Origin: a virus
Length of the DNA: 11,760 nucleotides
Virus genome (UHGV): UHGV-1590541
Reading direction: 5' to 3' (one strand)
Every line of letters starts with the position of its first letter. The first letter of the stretch is position 1. The notes under the pieces are model-generated. The model was not told the DNA's origin, made no database searches, and worked only from the letters and a program-made list of their open reading frames with translations. Positions 7,643 to 11,760 of the stretch are shown here, piece by piece. Made by a program: the position numbers and the translations under genes.

Positions 7643-7911
7643 TTACCCCACAGGAAGCACGACAGCGCACCCGAACCCTTGTTGAACACTATGTCAACGA
7701 GTGTGAATGCCGCGACCTCACCGATGTGAAGCACGTCCTGACGGCGCTAATCAGCATGACCGCTCAAGCCATTGTGGCGACCAACGGAAAGGCGGCTGCC
7801 CTGCAGGTACTGGTGAACACACTAACCCACACGGCAGCGCATGAGGTGCCGTACCGGATGGAAACCACTGCAGAAGGCGGCCTGCACATCACCGTCAGCC
7901 GGAAGCACTGA
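7639..7911 (+). CDS. Hypothetical small early protein (90 aa)
   Basis: Translationally coupled to the upstream gene (ATGA overlap). No recognisable domain. Confidence 0.6.
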   Translation: MITPQEARQRTRTLVEHYVNECECRDLTDVKHVLTALISMTAQAIVATNGKAAALQVLVNTLTHTAAHEVPYRMETTAEGGLHITVSRKH

Positions 7912-7920
7912 GGGCGCGGC

Positions 7921-8217
7921 ATGACACGGAACACCATACTCACCCGCACCGCCCTCTACCGTCTGGCCCTGCAGCGTTTCGGGCCGGACGCACAGGCCCT
8001 GAAACTGACAGAAGAGGCCGCTGAACTGGCGGCCAGTGCTGCCCGCAATCTGAACGGACAGGGCAGCGAAAGCGACCTCGCGGCAGAGCTGGCAGACGTG
8101 GAAATCATGACAGAGCAATTGCGCCTTCAGGGGATGGACCGGCTGATTGACTTCCACAAACAGAAAAAACTGGAACGTCTGGCTGCACGACTGGGCGTGA
8201 TTTACACGAACGAGTAA
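7921..8217 (+). CDS. MazG-like all-alpha nucleoside triphosphate pyrophosphohydrolase domain protein (98 aa), tentative
   Basis: GAGGG RBS. Contains EExxE (LTEEAAELA) followed about 30 residues later by ExxD (AELADVEIM), the metal-binding signature of MazG-like NTP-PPases. Confidence 0.55.
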   Translation: MTRNTILTRTALYRLALQRFGPDAQALKLTEEAAELAASAARNLNGQGSESDLAAELADVEIMTEQLRLQGMDRLIDFHKQKKLERLAARLGVIYTNE

Positions 8218-8231
8218 CCGGGAGGCATTCA

Positions 8232-8447
8232 ATGGCTGACATACTCAGGGAAATCACCGCATGGATACTGATTCTTACTGGCCTGGCGACATGCCTCAGT
8301 GCGGGGGCAGCCCTGGCTGCCCTGCTGATGCACATAACAACACAGTGGTTATGGGAAAAGCTTAAAGCAGCATACAGCCTGAAAGAGCTGTCCGACGCTG
8401 TCCGGGCATGGAAACGGCAGAAAAATACCGGAGATACAGAACAATGA
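8232..8447 (+). CDS. Small membrane protein (71 aa, one TM helix)
   Basis: GGGAGG RBS. Hydrophobic stretch ITAWILILTGLATCLSAGAALAALLM. Stop overlaps the next start (ATGA at 8444-8447). Confidence 0.6.
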   Translation: MADILREITAWILILTGLATCLSAGAALAALLMHITTQWLWEKLKAAYSLKELSDAVRAWKRQKNTGDTEQ

Positions 8448-9127
8448 CAGACCAGAATAAACACATTGAGAAACTGAAAAAGTTGCTGGCGCTGGCCGCA
8501 TCCGGCAACCCGCACGAGGCCGCTCTGGCACTGCGCCGAGCCCGTAAACTGATGGATGTTCACGGCATCACACATTCCGACATTGCTATGAGTGATATTG
8601 ATGAAACCATCAGTCACTACTGGCCGACAGGCAGTCTCCGTCCACCGCGCTACATGCTGGGCCTGATGAACATCATCCGCGAGGTATTTGGTGTTAACTC
8701 CATCATTCACCCCGGCACGCATCCGTCTGTGGGGTTCTACGGCAACCGGGAACGTGCGGCACTGGCTGCATACACCTGGGAAGTGCTGGCCCGTCAGCTG
8801 AAAAAGGCGCGTCAGCAGTATATCAGTGCACAGAACAAAAGAATAAAAACCGCCACCCGCACCAGCCGTGGAGACCAGTTTGCCGAAGGCTGGGTGCTGG
8901 CCGTTATCAGTGAAATACAGTCCTTTGCCCTGACCGATGATGAGCGTGAACTGATGCAGCAGTGGCTGGAACATAAATACCCGCAGACGCAAACCACCAG
9001 GGCGCGTAAACCGGGAAGAAGCCGCAATGGCGACGCCTCGCGCTATGCGGGGTTTCGTGAAGGGCAGAACGTCAGACTGCACCGCCCGGTCAGTGGGCAG
9101 GAACAACAGAAACTGGAGGCCAGATGA
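8444..9127 (+). CDS. DUF2786-like phage protein (227 aa; longest ORF starts at 8408)
   Basis: N-terminal KHIEKLKKLLALAASGNPHEAALALRRARKLM matches the DUF2786 signature as I remember it. ATG 8444 is coupled to the upstream stop. Confidence 0.7.
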   Translation: MTDQNKHIEKLKKLLALAASGNPHEAALALRRARKLMDVHGITHSDIAMSDIDETISHYWPTGSLRPPRYMLGLMNIIREVFGVNSIIHPGTHPSVGFYGNRERAALAAYTWEVLARQLKKARQQYISAQNKRIKTATRTSRGDQFAEGWVLAVISEIQSFALTDDERELMQQWLEHKYPQTQTTRARKPGRSRNGDASRYAGFREGQNVRLHRPVSGQEQQKLEAR

Positions 9128-9354
9128 TTACGCTATCAGGTAAAAGCCGGAAATTAAAAGCCTGCCGAATATCTGCCAGATACCTTTTTGCCCGCGCCTT
9201 TTTTAAGAACGTCAGGCCGGGGATCACAATTGGTGTTATTGCCGGACGCGAACAGGTTGAAAAATACATGTCAGGTGCATGGTGGAATAACGACCCTGTC
9301 ATTGCTGCCCGTAATATTCATATCGAATGGGGAGGTATTCAGAATGACTACTGA
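9124..9354 (+). CDS. Hypothetical small early protein (76 aa)
   Basis: ATG overlaps the upstream stop (ATGA at 9124-9127). No recognisable domain. Confidence 0.5.
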   Translation: MITLSGKSRKLKACRISARYLFARAFFKNVRPGITIGVIAGREQVEKYMSGAWWNNDPVIAARNIHIEWGGIQNDY

Positions 9355-9550
9355 AACCATTGTCTGTTTTCTTTTCTGGTATATGTACGCAGGATCATGC
9401 AGCGCAAGACTTCATCGTTCCCTGGGCTATGGCAGGCACTACGACACCGCGCATTACATCCTGTACATGACCGCCGTCATGTTGTTCTGGCCAGTCACCC
9501 TGCCAGCTGCAACCGACATTGTTGCCGACAGACTGAAAAAAAGGAGATGA
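9344..9550 (+). CDS. Small hydrophobic/membrane protein (68 aa); internal start of the longer ORF 9188-9550
   Basis: GGGGAGG RBS 7 nt upstream of ATG 9344. Two hydrophobic segments (TIVCFLFWYMYAG and ILYMTAVMLFWPVTLPAA). Stop lies 1 nt before the gemA-like start. Confidence 0.5.
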   Translation: MTTETIVCFLFWYMYAGSCSARLHRSLGYGRHYDTAHYILYMTAVMLFWPVTLPAATDIVADRLKKRR

Positions 9551-9551
9551 T

Positions 9552-10001
9552 ATGCAGAAAAAACGCCTGATACAGCTTATCCATATTGCCCGTAATGAAC
9601 TGGGTATGGATGAAGACACCTACCGCCAGATGTTACAGGGGCTGACCGGTAAAGCCTCAACCAAAGGAATGGATACCACACAACTAAACTGCGTGCTGGA
9701 ATCCATGAAAAAGAAAGGCTTTCGCGTTAAACCAGCCAGAAAAGCCAGCTCCGGTTTACCGCTGGATAACCATCCGCAGTCCAGGAAAATTCGTGCGCTA
9801 TGGCTTGAAATGGCTGCTGCCGGCATTGTTCGTGACCGTTCAGAAAATGCATTAGCGAGGTGGATCAAGCGGGAAACGGGCATCAGCGCCCTGCGCTGGC
9901 TCAGTACTGAACAGGCAAGCAGTGTTATTGAGAAACTGAAGAAGTGGCAGCGCAGAGCTGCGGGAGTCAAACATGAGCGACCTGAATCAGTTTCGAAGTA
10001 A
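9552..10001 (+). CDS. gemA: GemA-like regulatory protein (Mu gp16 family, DUF1018)
   Basis: AGGAG RBS. LIQLIHIARNELGMDEDTYRQML..LTGKAS and RKIRALWLEMAAAGIV resemble the Mu gp16/GemA family. Sits immediately upstream of and overlapping mor, as in Mu. Confidence 0.8.
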   Translation: MQKKRLIQLIHIARNELGMDEDTYRQMLQGLTGKASTKGMDTTQLNCVLESMKKKGFRVKPARKASSGLPLDNHPQSRKIRALWLEMAAAGIVRDRSENALARWIKRETGISALRWLSTEQASSVIEKLKKWQRRAAGVKHERPESVSK

Positions 10002-10362
10002 GGGGCCGGAACTCCTGGTGGAACTGGCACAGCATACCTCTGAGACCGTTCGCGAGATTATTGATATTGAGCCCGAAGTTGCCGACCAGATTGGTCAGGC
10101 CGTCGCGAACCGAATGATGCAGGTCTGGGGCGGGCAAAACGTTTATTTCCCGATGGGCATGGTATGGAAGGTCAGTCAGCGCGACCGGGAAATCTTCAGG
10201 GAGTTTAACGGACGCAACCACCACGAACTGGCCCGCAAATTTGGTGTTTCGCTTCAGTGGGTCTACAGCGTGGTTAAGCGGGTAAGAAAAGAAGAACTGG
10301 ATCGGATGCAGGGCAAGCTATTTGCTGATGAACCCGATGCAGATACGGAGAAAAAAGAGTAA
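9973..10362 (+). CDS. mor: Mor-family transcription activator (middle operon regulator)
   Basis: 129 aa, same length as Mu Mor. C-terminal half (VWGGQNVYFPMG...FREFNGRNHHELARKFGVSLQWVYSVVKRVRK) aligns closely with the Mu Mor HTH region as I remember it. Confidence 0.9.
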   Translation: MSDLNQFRSKGPELLVELAQHTSETVREIIDIEPEVADQIGQAVANRMMQVWGGQNVYFPMGMVWKVSQRDREIFREFNGRNHHELARKFGVSLQWVYSVVKRVRKEELDRMQGKLFADEPDADTEKKE

Positions 10363-10391
10363 TATCTGCAATCAGGCTGGCGCGAGTTCTG

Positions 10392-10448
<57 letters not shown>

Positions 10449-10449
10449 A

Positions 10450-10525
<76 letters not shown>

Positions 10526-10776
10526 CCAAGTCCCCGTGTCAAAAAGTCATCTGTGTAAGATTCCAATCATACATATGGACTCAGATTGGCCTGTGTCCGT
10601 GCTTCCTAAAGGAATTCACAGATTCAGTCCTAATCATGATGACACATTAGCGAAGCTATGCCATGTCAGATACAGGTTCACTTAGTCGCGGTCTTACCAG
10701 TCTGGCCTTTAATACTCGTTAATCCTTAGCAATCAGTAGGTTGGTTTTATTTTTCAACAGACAGAAGTAGTTTCAT

Positions 10777-11760
10777 TTACATATATGCAGCTCCCATCAC
10801 TTCTTCTGGTGAAATCTCTTTATCGTTGGTTAGCAATACCCAGAGCACTCTGGCATTTTTGTTGTTCAGCGCTACGGTGGCAACATTTTTATTCCGCCGC
10901 GAGACTGGTCTGCCCAGCCAGCTTTCCTGGACCTGTCTGCCCTTTCTGGCGTTTGACACTGTCTTCGCACCATGGAACAGTAGCGTTCTGATATAGACAT
11001 CGTCCCGTTTACTGATAGACCCCAGCGTGTTTTTACCTACGCTGAAGCACTGTCGGGGAACCAGTCCAAGCCATGCAGCAAGCTGACGCCGGTTTTTGAA
11101 GCCGATACTACCCGGTGCTGACAATTGCAGTGGTGGTAAGAATAGCAATCCCCGAAATGGTGGCAATTTTCCTGCACAGTTCGTCGTTCCCGACGTGTTC
11201 GTTGCTAACGGCTTCTATGGTTTCAATGTGTACGCTCAGTTGTTTCACATTTTCATTAGAGATAGGACGACAGCTGTCTGAACGGCATTGTTAAACAGTT
11301 TTCCGCGTCTTCAAGCAGGGCAGGGACATGACGACTGATCGCTACAGTGTCGGGCGGGAGAACGATGCCAAATTCAGCCAGTAATCCTCTGATCTGGTTT
11401 ATCTGCGCAGTCCTTGATTTAACAAACCCCGTCAGGGCACGATGAAAAGACAGTAATGACTACTGCTCAGGCGTCTTGATGCTGACAAACCGCATATTAG
11501 GTCGGGTAACGGCTTCACAGATGGCCTCGGCAGCAGCCATATCATTCTTGTTTGTTTTCACATATGGCTTTACAAATCGCGGGCATTAGTCTGACATTAT
11601 GCCCCTAAGTAGACAGCATTCTCACTAATGACGCGCTCCGGCGCAGACCTCCATCCCAATCCGACAGGAAGACATATTCGCGAAGAATACGGGCATCAGG
11701 GAACGTTTAATCCGTTTTCTGAGCTTAGATTTTTCTGTTCCTACCCAGACCGTGGATTTG
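10777..11760 (-). pseudogene. IS110-family (DEDD) transposase, decayed: multiple in-frame stops and frameshifts; N-terminus beyond window end
   Basis: Minus-strand translation gives segments in three frames that read collinearly like an IS110-family transposase: FFANMSSCRIGMEVCAGARH, PYVKTNKNDMAAAEAICEAVTRPNMRFVSIKTPEQ, IRGLLAEFGIV, ISGIAILTTTAIV, RRQLAAWLGLVPRQ...ISKRDDVYIRTLLFHGAKTV, VATVALNNKNARVLW. In-frame stops at 11622-11627 (TAG TGA), 11586-11588 (TAA) and 11460-11462 (TAG); frame changes near 11256 and near 11110-11125. Confidence 0.8.

Larger units (their letters stand above)
1..10362. mobile_element. Mu-like transposable prophage, immunity plus early region (partial; left boundary not identified, late region absent after mor)
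   Basis: Gene content and order: divergent repressor and Ner-like genes, DDE transposase, AAA+ ATPase, Gam, GemA-like, Mor, all in one long plus-strand operon with overlapping start and stop codons. Phage ends (attL/attR) were not identified in the sequence. Confidence 0.8.

Noticed and set aside
7361-7734. Minus-strand ORFs of 92 and 78 aa
   Set aside because: Antisense to the zinc-ribbon gene and the following coupled gene. No RBS.
8105-9106. Minus-strand ORF of 333 aa
   Set aside because: Antisense to several translationally coupled plus-strand genes including the DUF2786-like gene. No recognisable motifs and no RBS context.
9188-9550. Long form (120 aa) of the ORF ending at 9550
   Set aside because: Its first 52 codons overlap the coupled upstream gene (9124-9354) in another frame. 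The internal ATG at 9344 has a GGGGAGG RBS, so the short form is preferred.

Overview
This window reads as the immunity and early (left) arm of a Mu-like transposable prophage, followed by a decayed IS110-family insertion sequence. All calls come from reading the sequence and remembered protein families; no database search or alignment was run. On the minus strand a repressor (XRE-type HTH) is translationally coupled to two downstream membrane-protein genes that are visibly AT-richer than the phage core. These are the best candidate for an undescribed system: a repressor-linked, lysogen-expressed membrane module analogous in layout to lambda cI-rexA-rexB. Across an operator-rich divergent region (perfect palindromes, TTGACA-17-CATAAT promoter) runs a long plus-strand early operon: Ner/Cro-like protein, IclR-like HTH protein, a 304-aa unknown, a DDE transposase, an AAA+ transposition ATPase, then a tightly coupled array of small genes including Gam, a zinc-ribbon protein, a MazG-like protein, small membrane proteins, a DUF2786-like protein, GemA-like and Mor. 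After mor the expected late activator and late genes are absent. Instead there is about 410 bp of ORF-free DNA with phased TTCCC motifs, then an IS110-family transposase gene on the minus strand broken by at least four nonsense codons and two frameshifts, running off the window end. No tRNA, rRNA or CRISPR array was found.
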